A stretch of 64,000 nucleotides of DNA from NCBI RefSeq assembly GCF_009914755.1, contig NC_060947.1; one strand, written 5' to 3'. A program made the translations under genes and the position numbers. The stretch's first letter is position 1. Each line of letters starts with the position of its first letter. The notes under the pieces were generated by a model, which did no database searches, had not been told where the DNA came from, and was given only the letters and a program-made list of their open reading frames with translations. Of the stretch, positions 1 to 13,587 are shown piece by piece. The stretch comes from the human T2T-CHM13v2.0 reference genome, Homo sapiens.

Positions 1-343
1 CAGCCATAAAAAGGAATGAAATAATTGCATTTGCAGCAACATGGATGGAATTGGAGATGATTATTCTAAGTGAAGTAACTCAAAAATGGAAAACAAAATA
101 TCATATGTTCTGACCAATATGTGGTAGCTAAGCTATGAGGATGCAAAGGCATAAGAATGATACATTGGACTTTGAGGACTCAGGGGAAAGGGAAGGAGAT
201 GGCGAGGGATAAAAGACTACACGTTGGGTACAGGGTACACTGGTTGGGCGATGGGTGCACCAAAATCTCAGAAATCACCACTAAAGAACTTATTTATGTA
301 ACCAAACACCACCTATTCCCTACAAACCTATTTAAATAAAAAA
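1..343 (+). mobile_element. L1 3' end, L1PB-like (runs off window start)
   Basis: gctaagctatgaggatgcaaaggcataagaatgatac...tcagaaatcaccactaaagaactt...aaataaaaaa is a typical L1PB 3' UTR and tail. Confidence 0.85.
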
Positions 344-579
344 TACATTTCTAACAATGTTTTCATTACCAATGTCATTTCTGTGGCAAGTGAACTCAGT
401 TTCTCCACAGTAGATCAAACTTTAAACATTCTTTACTTTTGTGGGATGTTAGTCCTTCGATGTTTATGTGAGCAAACTAATTAGGCAATGGATTTTTCAT
501 TCTTTCTTTGTTGGTTATTTTTTATCCATTAATAGCTCAGGAGGAATCTTGCTCAGGGTCAACTGAATTACATTTGCTC

Positions 580-785
580 TGTGGTGGTTAAACCCTCAGA
601 CTGTGGGATATGAGGATCCTGCTTCCATCACTTAGCTGTGTTAAATTTGGGGCACAATTACTTAAACTTTCTAATTCTTCCTCTTCTTTACAGAGGAGGT
701 AAAAATAGAAATGACTTCATGTTTATTGTGAGGAATTAAAATGGACTTTTTACAGCACCTGACACATAGTAAATGCTCAATCAAA
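580..785 (+). mobile_element. MIR SINE
   Basis: Decayed MIR core ending cagcacctgacacatagtaaatgctcaa. Confidence 0.7.
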
Positions 786-1824
786 ATAAATGCAATCTAC
801 TCTATGGGCTGAATGCTAGACACCCTGGTATAAAGGAATAAATCATTTATTAATTACAAGATTTGCCTCAAGCTTGTCTAAGGCTGAACTGGAACTAAGA
901 TCTTCTGGATAGTTTTCTGTTTTATTTCAGATTTCAGCATGTAGAGTGGCTGCCCTATCTGTTCCTCCTCCCCAGTCTCTACCTGGTCTTGATTTTGAAT
1001 TTCCTCAACTGCTTGTATGCATAAAAGTCTCAGGATCAGCTGTTATAGTCTAAGTGCACCCCCGAGTCACTGTCCTCCAGGTGGGAAAAGTTCCAAATCC
1101 TCAGGGCCTCTGGGTAAAGCTAGAGTGGCTTTGAGGATGATCTTAGACCTAGAGTGTATATGCAACAGGAAGAGATTTTGCTTTCCATTGGTGGTATCCA
1201 TCAAATTTTACTTTTTGGCCAGACATGATGGGATTTTTCACAGCTTCAAAATCAGACAGAAACTGTGCCTAAGATGGAATTTATAGCCTGGGTATAAAAT
1301 GAAATGGATATCAAAGGGGGACAAGTGCCCCTTAAAATAAAATCAGAGACTAGGGAGCAATGGTCTTAGAAGTGATGCCTCTGAGAGGGATTCATAATAG
1401 AATCTAACTCAGAGTTAAATGAGCAGTTTGTACAGTAAAATATCGTGTTCTGGCTACATGGATTGTCATATTAATTTATAAATTAAAAACAAGACTCCAT
1501 GTTGAAGGCACACACTGACATGTTGAAGGAGAATTTCTACCACTTTGGAAAAGAATTTTTTTTTTTTTTAAAAAAGCCCTCCACGAAAATTTTGACTTGC
1601 CTACATTCTTGCTGTGTCTTCATTCTCTTTTCTGCACTTCTCCCCACCTCTCCACCTTCCTTTGCTTTGGTGATTTCTACCTGGCTCCACTGTGCAACAA
1701 GGTGAAGAATGAGGGGAGACATGAGTGAATGTGGTGTAGCCTACACACTGATTTATCTCTGTCCAAATCTTTCCTTGTTCACTTTAAGACACAAAACCAA
1801 ACATTTCCTTCCCAGTCTCCCAAG

Positions 1825-2707
1825 GATTGGGTGGGCCTGATCTAATAAAGGTCATTAGAAGCAGAGAACCTTTCCCAGCTGTAGTAAGAGATGTGACAAT
1901 AGAGCAGAGTCAGAGAGCGAGAGAAAGCAGATGTTGCTGGCTTTGGAGGTGGAGAAAGAGGCTGTGAGCCAGGGTATGTAAATAGCCTCTAGAAACTGGA
2001 AAAGGCAAGGCAACACATTCTCCCCTGATGACACTAGAAGGAAGACAGCCCTTCCAACACCTTGATTTTAGCCCAGTGAGATCCATGTCAGACTTTTGAC
2101 CTACTATATTAGGGTTCTCCAAAGAAACAGAACAAATAGGATATATATAGAGAGATATATAAGAGGAGATTTATTATGGGAATTGGCTCATATGATTATG
2201 GTGGCTGAGGAGTCCCACAACCTGCCATCTGCAAGCTGGAGACCCAGGAAAGCCAGTGGTGTAATTCAGTCTGAGGCAGAAGGCCTGAGAATTTGAGGGA
2301 GGGCTGGTATAAATCCCTGAGTCTGAAGACCTGAGACCCAGGAGCTCCAATGTCCAAGGGCAGGAGAAGATTGATGTCTCAGCTCAAAGGCAGAGTGAGA
2401 GAATTCACCTTTCTGCCTTTTTTGTTTTATGTGAGCTCTCAGTGAATTGGCTTATGTCCACCACATGGGTGAGTGTGAATCTTCGTTACCCAGTCCTCTG
2501 ATTCCAGTGCCAATCTCTTCCAGAAACACCCTCACAGACACTCCCAGAAATAATGTCTCACCAACTACCTGGGGATCCCTTAGCCCAGTCAAGTTGACAC
2601 ATAAAATTAACCATCACCCTTACAGAATTGTAGGATAATACATTTATGTTGTTTTAAGCCACTAAATTTTTGGTAATTTGTTACAGCAACAATAAAAAAC
2701 CAATATA
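1825..2707 (+). mobile_element. MLT1D-like MaLR LTR, interrupted by MLT2
   Basis: gcctctagaaactggaaaaggcaagg...gattttagcccagtgaga, resuming at 2624 and ending ttttaagccactaaat...aaaccaatata. Confidence 0.8.
2105..2618 (-). mobile_element. MLT2B-like ERVL solo LTR nested in MLT1D
   Basis: Termini tatattagggttctcc and cccagtcaagttgacacataaaattaaccatcac; 5-bp TSD cctac (2100-2104) / cttac (2619-2623). Confidence 0.85.
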
Positions 2708-4011
2708 CCTTCCCATTCTTTTCCTTTCACCTTCATTCTCCCCACACCATTGTAAGTAGATCCTTCATTAACAGCCCTTTGTTGAAATCATTTAAAGTGA
2801 AACCTGTTCTCTGTCCTTACAAATGCATAGTCTCATTTTATTCTTCCTTCCTTCCTTCTGCCATTTATTCTCTATGCCCATACTCATTCTTCTTTTCAGT
2901 TAGGCACCCTTTCAAATGTTTAATACATGTCCTTGTATATGTAACCCACCCAAAAGATACATGTGAATGTACACCTTTTAAACTTAAACTACCTTCTATA
3001 ATAAGTCTAATTTTTTCATAGGTTTTAGTTTTTATTCAACGCTACATCTTTAAGAATGATCAGTATCTCTGTATATGAGCTGGTTCCTTACATCTGATTG
3101 CTGTATCCTTGAATCCTGAGATCTAGGCATGAAAAGATCCAAGTGAACCAAGGCCCTGGGGCCTGAAGGATCCTGAGAAGAGAGCAAAGTTCCCACCTCA
3201 GAAGATGGGGTGAAGGCAGACAGCAGGGTAGTTGGGAGTGGAATGAGATAGAAGGTGAAGAGATGTGACTGGAGAGATGCCCTTAGTAACCAAAAATTTA
3301 TGAAATGAGTGTGAAAAAGTGAGTTCATTCATAACAAGTAGCTTACAAGCATTTTCATTTGATCCAGCCTCCCTAAATTTCTCTGCTTTTTCTTGGCTTA
3401 CCTTGGATATTTATCTCTGATCCTAGAAAGCAAAGCAAAACAAAGCAAAGCCCAGTCTGTCTCAGCCTGGTCTTAAATCTTGCTGCTAACCAAGACCTTA
3501 TTTACTATTCTGACACCTAAATATTTATCTCCTTTGTGTGAACTTACAGTCTCCTGAATTTGGAGCTATATGTAGGTTTAACTCATGCAAATGATTTCTT
3601 GTGTGACCCATGAGAGTGTTTCTTTCCAGATAAATACATATGTATTTTTTCTTAGTGAAAATAGTTTTTTCTTGCTTTTATTCCAGATTATAAAGCAATT
3701 CATGTTTATTATACAAAAACATTATTACAATACAGACAAGTAATATCATACAGGAAAGAATGAAGATATAAATATTACTTATTCTATCATCTGATTTTAA
3801 CATTTTGCATGTATATTATTATTTCAGCCTTTCTTAATAATATTAAACCAATAAATATTTATTATGCAATTTAATGGGCTAAGTGCTGGAATATAATAAA
3901 AAGCGAAAATAGACACAATTTCTGCCCTTTGGCCCTTGTAATTTAGCGAGGGAGAATTACATTTAATTATATGATTATTTAATGTCTGCAATAGTTGCAA
4001 TGCTTTTGCTG

Positions 4012-4490
4012 GTATATCAGCCAGCTATTGACACAGCAATGCTCCATAGTAAATTACCCCAACACCCAGTGGCATGTAACAATAAACACTTTTTCCCATG
4101 CTCATAGGTCTGCAGGTCAGTTTGGGAAACTCTGCTTTAGGTTGTAGGTCTGTGAATTGGCAGAGGTGGCTCTGTTTTAGGGTGCGAGTTAAATTTTGGT
4201 CCTCTTTATATGTGTTCATTCTGGTACCGAGACTGGTGGGAAAACAGCTACCTAGAGCATGATCTTCTCATTTAGAGAGAACAAGAAAGCAAACCAAATC
4301 ATGCAAGTACATGTTGAGGTTTTTCTCTCATTATGTTTGCTAACATACCATTGGCCACAACAAGACACATAACCAAGCCAAAAGCCAAGGGACAGAGAAG
4401 AACATTCTTACCACCATGAGGATGTGGCAAGGGTATGGCTTTCTATTACAGAGGCATGAAGAATTGGAATAAGGAATTCAACTAATCATA
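4012..4490 (-). mobile_element. Old MaLR LTR (MLT1H/I-like)
   Basis: cagctattgacacagcaatgc...cagtggcatgtaacaataaaca...ccattggccacaacaag motifs. Confidence 0.65.
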
Positions 4491-4524
4491 GTATGTACAA
4501 CCAGAAGTGCTATTTATCAACTGT

Positions 4525-4775
4525 TTTCTCCTCATGGTCATAAAATGTCTGAAACATTACTAGGCATCATATCATCTTATGATATTATCTAAAAGGGAAG
4601 AGTTGTGTCCTATCCTTTCCTTCTTAGAAGGCCGATTCCCCATCTCCTTGTTATTTGACTTCTCATTAGCAAGAGTTGCTTCACATGCCCATTCCTAATC
4701 CAATCACTGATAGGAGAATAGAACTGACATGATTGGCCTACACTAGAAAACATTCATTCCCCGGGGCTGGAGAAT
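4525..4775 (-). mobile_element. Old MaLR LTR fragment (MLT1J/K-like)
   Basis: tcacatgcccattcctaatccaatcactg...catgattggcc motif. Confidence 0.5.
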
Positions 4776-4794
4776 GGCTCCTGACACAAGATTG

Positions 4795-5900
4795 TAGAAG
4801 GTCCAGAATATACCTTTCAGGGCCTTGCAGATCAAGTTAAAGTTTTTATTCTTCATCCTGAGTGCAATGGAAAACCACTAAAGAGTTTTAAGAAAGAAAG
4901 TGATATAATCAGAATTGAGTTTAAAGGAAGGTCACACTATCTACAGTGTGGAGACAAATTGAGGAGTTGCAAGAATGGATAGAGAGGGATGAGTTGAGAA
5001 TTTATTGTGTAGTTCAGTTGAGAGAAGATAATAGCTTAGCTGGAATGGTAGTGGTAGATATGAAACAGATGTGATTAAATTTGAGAAATATTTAGGAGGT
5101 AAAGTTGATAGTATTTAGTGATGAATTAGGTTCGGGGATGGTGATGAGTGAAGGTATCAAGGACTATTTTTAGATTTTAGGACTACATAGCTGAACCAAT
5201 GTTGGTACTATTCATTGTGACAGGGAATAGAGGAAGAGGTTCAGATTTGAGCAGGAGGACCTCAAATACAAATGTTGAGCTTGATATGCCTCTGAAATAT
5301 TTACAGAGAGATATTGGATTTATGTGTCTGAGATAATATGTATGTATCTGCACAAAAATGGAAATTGATGCCAAATATGTTAATAAGGGAGAAAATAAAA
5401 TGGAAAGAGTGAATGGTCTAGGAATAAGCTTTGAGGAATACCAGCATTTAGTGGGTTAATAGGAGAGGACGAGCCTATGATATGGTGAAGGAAGCTGAGA
5501 AAGACCAATCATTGAGGTAAAAGAAAAACTCAAATGTAGAAAGAAGACCTGAAGCCAAGAGAACAGAGTGTTTCATTAAAAAGAGAGTGGTAATGTGAAC
5601 TGCAGTTAGATTGGTTAGTAACATTGAGATCATAGCTCATAAGTAAATCAGCAAGTACTGTTTTGGTGAACTAATGGGTGCAAAAGATGAGAAAATGGAG
5701 TTGTCGGGTAGAGGAAACTTTTTTAAGAGCTTGGCTTTGAAGGGGACAGAATATGAAGTGGGAAGTATAACTAAGGGAGCATTGGGATGAATGGGCTTGA
5801 TGCTGATGAGAAGTATCCAATTGAGAAGAAGCTTTATACACAAAAGAGAGATGGTATAAGAAAGACTAAGACTCCTGAGAAAACAGAGGGTAACAGAATC
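4795..5900 (-). mobile_element. L2 LINE fragment
   Basis: Purine-rich antisense L2 signature: cctgagtgcaatggaaaaccactaaagagttttaag, tatttaggaggtaaa, ttgagctttgatatgcc. Confidence 0.75.
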
Positions 5901-6041
5901 TATACATGTATCTTTATGTATTTATGTAGTTAAATATCTCATCCTTATACAACAGCATCCCAAAGAGAAAATCTAGTGGACAGGTGTGAGTGACTAAAAT
6001 GCCTTCTATATCCACTGCTCTCTTTTTATTTGGGTGGAGTC

Positions 6042-6335
6042 TTTTTTTTTTTGGAGACAGGGTCTTACTCTGTCGCTCAGGCTGGAGTGCAGTGGTGTTA
6101 TCACGGCTCACTGCAGTCTCAACCTCCCAGGCTAGGGTGATCCTCCCACCTCAGCCTCCTGAGTAGCTGGGACTACAGGCATGTACCACCATGCCCGACT
6201 AATTTTTTAAATTTTTGTAGATATGGGGTTTTGCCATGTTGCCCAGGCTGGTCTCCAACTCATGGACTCAAGTGATCTGCCTGCCTTGGCCTCCCAAAAT
6301 GCTGGGACTATGGATGTGAGCCACCACACCTAGCC
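6042..6335 (-). mobile_element. AluJ (Jb-like), inserted in an old MLT1 fragment
   Basis: T-tail then gagacagggtcttactctgtcgctcaggctggagtgcagtgg...gagccaccacacctagcc; dimeric with J-type diagnostics. Confidence 0.93.
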
Positions 6336-6817
6336 AGGATGAAATTTTAACCCAAGGCCATCAACAAACTTCTATATCTCATTAGCCAGAACTGGGTCAC
6401 ATGCTTACCCCTGGGTCAATTACTAGCAATGGGAAATGAAATGTCCATGACTGACTTACAGTCACCCCTCATTTTTCATGCTTGGGCCTGGGTACATTGC
6501 CACCAAAAAACACTGAGGCAAGGAGGACTGTGAAATAAGTTTTGGACTGGTGGCTCCAAGACTGTCTACCACCAAGAATGTTTGCCTCAGTAGCTATTTT
6601 GATTGGCTCTTGTATGTTTGTGTAATTATAAAATTAATTGATAATATAAAAATTCACATAATATTAAAAGATATAATAAAAAGTGAACATAAAATAGTGC
6701 ATAATTCCACTAACCCCAAAATAAGCAATTGTGATTAACATTTTGGTATAGAGCCTTTCAGAACTTTTATATGCTTCAAAATGATTTTTCTTGTCTTTCT
6801 CAAAATCGGGAGCATAC

Positions 6818-6849
6818 TGTGTGTCTGTGTGTGTGTGTGTGTGTGTGTG
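6818..6849. repeat. (TG)n microsatellite
   Basis: Interrupted TG run. Confidence 0.9.
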
Positions 6850-7340
6850 ACATATTCTCCTTTTTTCACATGAAACATATTTTCTGAAATGAAACACTAA
6901 AATATAAACTAGATCCTGGTAAATTGTGTGTTTCTGTTATGTTTATGGTTGTTCCATACATGGTTCTAGGCGTATATGAGCATGCATGCCTGTTTCTTTA
7001 TTCCCTGAACAATGTTAGGTATATTAATTTTAAAAATCTTTGATAATCTTATAAAGTAAAAGTAATAAATCAATCTAATTAACTTTTTTGTTTAGGTTTA
7101 AAAAGCTTTCCATGGATACATTTGCCATTTTAACTTTTTATTCTTTCATTTTGCTTATATTTCTTATTGATTTGTGAGAATCTCTTTATGTATTAAGGAC
7201 ATGAATTCTTTCACATATGTTTCAGGTGTTTTAATTTTTTTAGTTCCTGTTTTCTCTTTTAACCTTGTTAATAATCTTTGGGGTTTGTGCAACTTTAAAA
7301 TTTTTAGATAAATTCATCAAATCTTTTTCTTATGGTTTCT

Positions 7341-7600
7341 GAGGCAGTACAATGTAGTATTTAACATCCAGGTTTTTGGAGTCAGAAATAATAGGGCTTG
7401 AATCCTGGCTCTTTCCATGATTCTATTGCAATGATCTTTGAGAAAATGACTCAACTTTTCAGACACTTTGTTTCACCATCTATAAAATGGAGACAAAAAT
7501 GCCTCCTTCAAAGGACTGTTATGCAAATTATATACAAATCATGAATGAAAAGAGTTCAATTACTGGTGCATTAATGCTCAATAATTTTAGATATTGTTAT
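7341..7600 (+). mobile_element. MIR SINE
   Basis: ggagtcaga...ttgaatcctggctct...tttcaccatctataaaatggaga core. Confidence 0.8.
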
Positions 7601-8372
7601 AAGAATAAATATTAATATGATTATAAAATATCTTTATATTAAAATTTTATAAAATCTGCAGGTATTTCTTGTCTTTAAATGTAAATATGAAAATATAAAT
7701 CTTAATTTAAAACAGAATGATAATACCAAAACAGTTTCACATGGATTAAAATTTGAATTTGAATAACATAAATTCAAAGACTTTATTAAACAAATACAGT
7801 CCACTAATTTTTTTTTAAAGTACGGTCTCTGTTTAATGGTTAAAAGTTATTTTATGAAGTTATTTATCCTTTATTCAACCATTCTAGCTTTTTAAATTTT
7901 CAGTGAATCAAATGAATTATCAACTATGGAAGAAATTAAATAGATATTTTTCATATTCATGCTTGGTTTGTAAGTGTTATTTGAAAGTCAGAGAATTTAA
8001 GATTTCATGAAACCATTAAGTAAAGAAACCATAGCTTCCTTTTCAGCGTTTTATCCCCCCATTTTAGTTAATATCCAGAAGGGATGGCCATATTTGGGTA
8101 GATGACCACAAACAGATTACTTATGTAGTCTTGGATTTTCTGTACATTTCATGGGTGATGAAGAGCTCAATATATACATATGTGTGTGTGTGTGTATATA
8201 TATGTCTCTCTCTCTATATATGTATATATGAAGTGCTGACTTGTGATGATAACAAGAATTATTGCTTTGAGAATACCAAATGCGTAATGATTCCTTCCAC
8301 TAGAAGAAGTGGTGCTTCATAAGAACCCAGACAGGCTGGGAGGGTTCCAGAATACTGTGCTCCTCTTCTTAG

Positions 8373-8630
8373 ACAGGCAGTGTGGTGTAGAGCTTAGAAC
8401 AGGACTTTGCAGACTTACCGCCTGGATTTGAATTCCACTTGTGTTACTTAGTAGCTCTGAGGCTGTAGGCAAATTATCTAACTTTTCTGTACCTCAATTT
8501 CTTTGTTTGTACAATGGGGATAACAGTAGTGCCTACCTTGAAAGGGTATTGTGACAATTCAGTGACTTAATGGCTTTAAAGCACTTAGAACAGTATCTGA
8601 TATAATTAACAGTCAATAAATATTATTGTG
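8373..8630 (+). mobile_element. MIR SINE, near full length
   Basis: cctggatttgaattcc...ggcaaattatctaacttttctgtacctcaatttc...aaagcacttagaacagt. Confidence 0.85.
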
Positions 8631-9470
8631 ATGATCTTGTACTCCTCTACCCAACTTCTATCATAGCACTGTGACATTTACAGTTAAACTATAGTGTTCA
8701 GTACAATTATAGAAATATCTTGAATTTGTTGGTTGTCCTTATGGAGAGAAAACCCCTGGATCTCTTGAGGTTTCATGTTCCAATCTGAGTAGAAAACCCA
8801 GGACAGACATAGAAGGTAAGGAAAGTGAAAAGCATTTGACAGTGCATCAAGAAACCAATAATAGCACCTCCCCTTTTAGTGATGAAAGGCAATTTTTATA
8901 TACTATACTAAATAAAATGTATTGCAAGCATTCATTAGATAGCATCAAAATCCCTTCATTATATCCACTGGCTATTGTGTTATTCAGGTATCTGTTGGCA
9001 TATTGCTTGGTATAACTGAATAATGAGGCTTTCATTCAATTTGCAGATCTGCAGTACAGTGTATTTAGGAATTAGCTCAATGTTTCATCTGTGTCTGTTA
9101 TGAAAAGGACAGATAATAGAAAGATTGCCATGCTGTCTGGTAGCAAAACCATCTCATGGGATTGCTAAACGAGGTGCAAGCTCATCTGGAAATCCAAGCA
9201 ATCTTCCTTTCCTTTCTTACCTTTTCCCCTTTACATGAGAATTCCTTCCATTTCATTTGTGCCAGCTTTGATAGAGAGGTGTAGGAAATTATGATTAAAT
9301 GTGGCATTGCAATTTTTACCCTGAATTTTGGTTGTTCAGAATTAAACAGCAGCCCTTTAAGCCGAAAAGTATCTACAGAGCCAACCCTGACATCAAGCAC
9401 TGACATTGTTTCTGTATTGAAGATGCTGTCTTTGTAACACAGTGTGGTTGAGATCTAAAAGATGAAACAG

Positions 9471-9706
9471 AATGTGTATAACTCAGTGGCTTAAGTACAT
9501 TCACATTATTGTGCGACCATCACTGCCATTCATCTCCAGAACATTTCCTTCTTCCCAAAAAGAGACTTTGTACTAATTAAATAATAATTCCTCGTTTCCT
9601 CCTCCCTCAGCCCCTGGTAACCTCTAACCTACTTTCTATCTCTTTGAATCTGCCTGTTCTAGGTACCTCATATAAGTAGAATCATACAATATTTGTCTTT
9701 TTGTGT
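9471..9706 (-). mobile_element. L1MB-like 3' end fragment
   Basis: cagtggcttaagtacattcacatt...cagcccctggtaacc...cctcatataagtagaatcatacaatatttgtc. Confidence 0.8.
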
Positions 9707-11187
9707 TTGTGTTTTCTAGTTGCATTGGCATGTAATATATTTTTCTGGAAACACTGGCCACTGGAGACTTGACTTGTGATTGATTTGAGTGATTGACAGT
9801 ATTGTATTGAAACACTTAGTCATATATGTTGATAAAAATAGGTACTATATGTAACCAGAATATAGGGGTAGAGTTTGAGTTTTTCATGAATAAATTTTCC
9901 TTTGGATTTTTAGTTGGAAATTTTGATTAGTTCCCTTTCACTAAAGTACAAGGCTATATTTTACTTCTAATGTTAAAAATAATCACCACATCATTGTGTA
10001 AAAGAGAGTTGAAAAGAAGCATAATTTCCCTTGGGAGCTAGAGAGCCTATCCCTGAAAGTTTTGCTTTATCCAGAGTTCCACTGAAAACTTCAGGTTGTC
10101 TGATACTGTGTCTGTAGATATTACTTGTCTGTGTGTTAAGGGGTGAAGTAAATCCAACATTAGTATCCAGTTTTCTTGAGACAAGGGAGAGAAAAGAAAG
10201 TGACATCATCTTTTGGTGACATCATGCAAAAGTCAATCTTCATTTTGAATTAGCTCTTGAAAAAGCTTGCCTTAGGTTAAAAGCCTTAGGAAAAACTATG
10301 AGTAACACTATAAAAAGCGGATTGAGAAATTCAGAACCAGAATATGATCTTGCTCAATGTGCAAATGTGGTTTGTTTAGAGGATGCTTTTAGGAAGTGTA
10401 TACGTGCCTGTGTGCACACACACACATATGCACACTCACACATTGCACTGAAATGCAATATTGCAGCTTCTGACATTTGATACCTCAATTTTGCTGGAAT
10501 TTCCAAGGGCATAGTTTGGAGTAAATAATAATCATTTACTGCATTAATCTTGCATTCTCAAAAAATGCCATTTTGTTTCCTCAGGACAAGAGTGTCAACT
10601 CAAATTTACTCAAACCAATTTCTCTTCATGAAAATCCTGGTGGGCTGAACTAATATTTCATTAAAAAATATGCCAACTAAAATAAACCTGTTTTCACTGA
10701 GGGTGTTATCATTGAATGATGACCTTCTGCAGACTGGAGCTGGCCTGCAGGCTCAATGTTTGGCATTTATACTCTAGTATATTTCAGGTTTACTTATATT
10801 AATAATCAAGGTAACACTAGCTTATGGGCTCTTCAGCATGGAAGGGATTTTGAGAACCCATTTGTTGATCTAGAAATGAATCCTTTTCACTTCAATTGGA
10901 TTTTTTTTTTACATATGTGAGACAGATGACAATATGTATCCTGTTGGACGATGCTTGTGGAAAAATAGCAAGAGGAAATAAGTTTTAAGTGGAAGAATTT
11001 AAGTTGGATACAAAGAAGTAGTTGCTGAAAGAACAAGCAAAACACATTAGAAATAGCTATCAGTGTTGGCTTGGTAAATCTCTCTTTCCCTCTCTCATTT
11101 TGTGGGTGCATATTTGTGGGTGCAATTTGTTAATGCATATACACAATCATAATTTTTTCTTTTTCTTTTTCTCCTTATTTCAACTAG

Positions 11188-11227
11188 CTCAGTTCTTGCT
11201 GTTATAGACTAAAAAGTACTCACCATG
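11188..11227 (+). other. Candidate exon ending in a Kozak-context ATG (alternative acceptors give starts at 11193 or 11208)
   Basis: Long pyrimidine tract ~11152-11181, AGs ending at 11187, 11192 and 11207, then caccATG|gtgagt perfect donor; no transcript evidence available. Confidence 0.35.
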
Positions 11228-11564
11228 GTGAGTAGTGGCCTAACCTGAGTGATTATAACTTGGTCCAACAATTGGGATTGGCCTTCAGCCTTGTTAGACA
11301 TAGTTCTAAAGCAAGGCTGTTTATTTAAAGTAAGCAAATCACGAGATACAGATTTACAAATGAAATGCAAGTGTGTTACGTTCCAGGGGGAAATATTCCT
11401 CCCTGGTAAGCAGAATGATCCTATCCTCCACTCAAGGTACCTACCCCCCGGAATCAAAACCAAATGCAATAGGAAATGTTGGTTGTCATCCTGGCATTCA
11501 TTCCCTCTTTTTCCATTCCTAACTAAATTGTGATTTTGTGTAGGTGTCATCTACTCCCACACAT

Positions 11565-11940
11565 AACCCACATGCCTCAGGGGAAGCTGGTCGACCCCAG
11601 ACCTTGAAGCCCCAATTAGTCTAATCTAGTCATGTAAGCCAGTCTGTTAAGCAGATAGTCTGGCCCAAATCAACTTGGTCTAATGAAAAACAAAAATAAC
11701 TTCTCTGAGAGTTTTTGGAAATGCAACTTTCTTGTTGATAAGCACAGCTACAGGAAGTCAGTCTCTCACTGGGTATAAATGAGTAACCATTAGCACTAGT
11801 TGCTATAAGGGGGTATTCTATAGCCATGAGGGGAATCAGCCTCAGGATGAAGCTGACAGTGTTGGTGTTAGAATGAAGAAATGGAAGTAACCTGTGTCCT
11901 TGATGATTTTCTTGCTCAACTAACCCTGAAGTCTATCCTA
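11565..11940 (+). mobile_element. Old MaLR LTR (MLT1K-like), broken at ~11940
   Basis: cagcctcaggatgaagctgac...cctgtgtccttgatga...aaccctgaagtctatcc. Confidence 0.5.
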
Positions 11941-12457
11941 TAGGATGAAGCACTATGAGGAGATATAGCAGGCAAGCAGAGGTCTGAGATCAGTTAACTT
12001 TAGTTTTGGCCAACAATACGTTTTATTATTATTGAAGAGAGGTTGAGACCGGTTTTCAATTTTATACAGCTCAAAGAACTGAGTTTTTTGAGAACTCAGC
12101 TCAAAGCTTGAGTTTTCTATCATTGTCATGCCAGAGTGAAACATTTGTCGTTCTCTAATTAAATAATGTACCTGCCACAACTGGAACATTAAAGGATCTG
12201 GCAGAAAAATTTCAGGCTATTGACTACTTCTTACATATTCCAGTAAAGTCTTACAAAAATGAGATAAGCTTCGATGTTCATCTCAGATGTTGCCATTGGA
12301 AGACAGTGGGGTTTCTTTCAGAGAGAACTGTGGGATGCCAGATTGGTTGTCTCTCTTGAACTCCCTTTACTACTAGAATAGTAAACCCTGCTACCATGTC
12401 CAGGAAGAAATATATCATATATCCGTAGACTGATGATCATTGGTGGTATTTTTCATT

Positions 12458-12863
<406 letters not shown>

Positions 12864-13587
12864 TAGGAACTATATCTTGATCTGATAGAGAGGACTCAGT
12901 GTCAACCAGGGATGGGCTTGCAGCTAAGTATAGCAGCTGGGAAGACATTGGGTTGCTTCCTTTTAGGAGTGGCCAGAAAAGGAAGAGGCTTTCTATGTTT
13001 TATGTTTCTATGAAGTTTTCAATAAACTTTTACCAATATACTCCTTTTATCTCCTTGGCCAAAATTTGGTCACAAGTCAATTCCTAGACCAGTCATTGGC
13101 AAGGAAAATATGGGATTACCCTTAAATCAATCATTCTTGTCTAGAGTTAAAGCTAGCTTGCCAACTTCCTCTAAATCTGCTCATTGGAAGAGAGATAGAA
13201 TGGATGTTGGAGAGTCAGCCACAGCATGTACTTCATGGATTTAGTAATCAGAGAGTTGTTTCATAAGCATAGAATAAGGTGGAGGGCTGAGACTCCGCAT
13301 ATGACAATAAGGAGAAACTGTACTTTTTTTCCAAGTTCTTAGGGGCAGTCACACTTGCTACCATGTACTACCATCCATGGGATGGTAGATCCTTAAGACC
13401 TAGAGGTCTAATGTTAACTTTCTCACACTTTTGTCTTTGATTAGGCCTCTCTAGCACATAACATAGTGAGACTATGATTATATGATATCAGAGATTCTTA
13501 AACTGGCTATGTTGAATAAAAGATTTTCAAGAAATTGATGAGTCTTAGGAGCAAAAGCATTGTATGTTTCTGATAATTTTTGAAATA

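Noticed and set aside
11383-11406. Imperfect inverted repeat ccagggggaaatattcctccctgg followed by a gtaagc donor-like site
   Set aside because: Short and imperfect, within chance expectation, with no clear acceptor partner.
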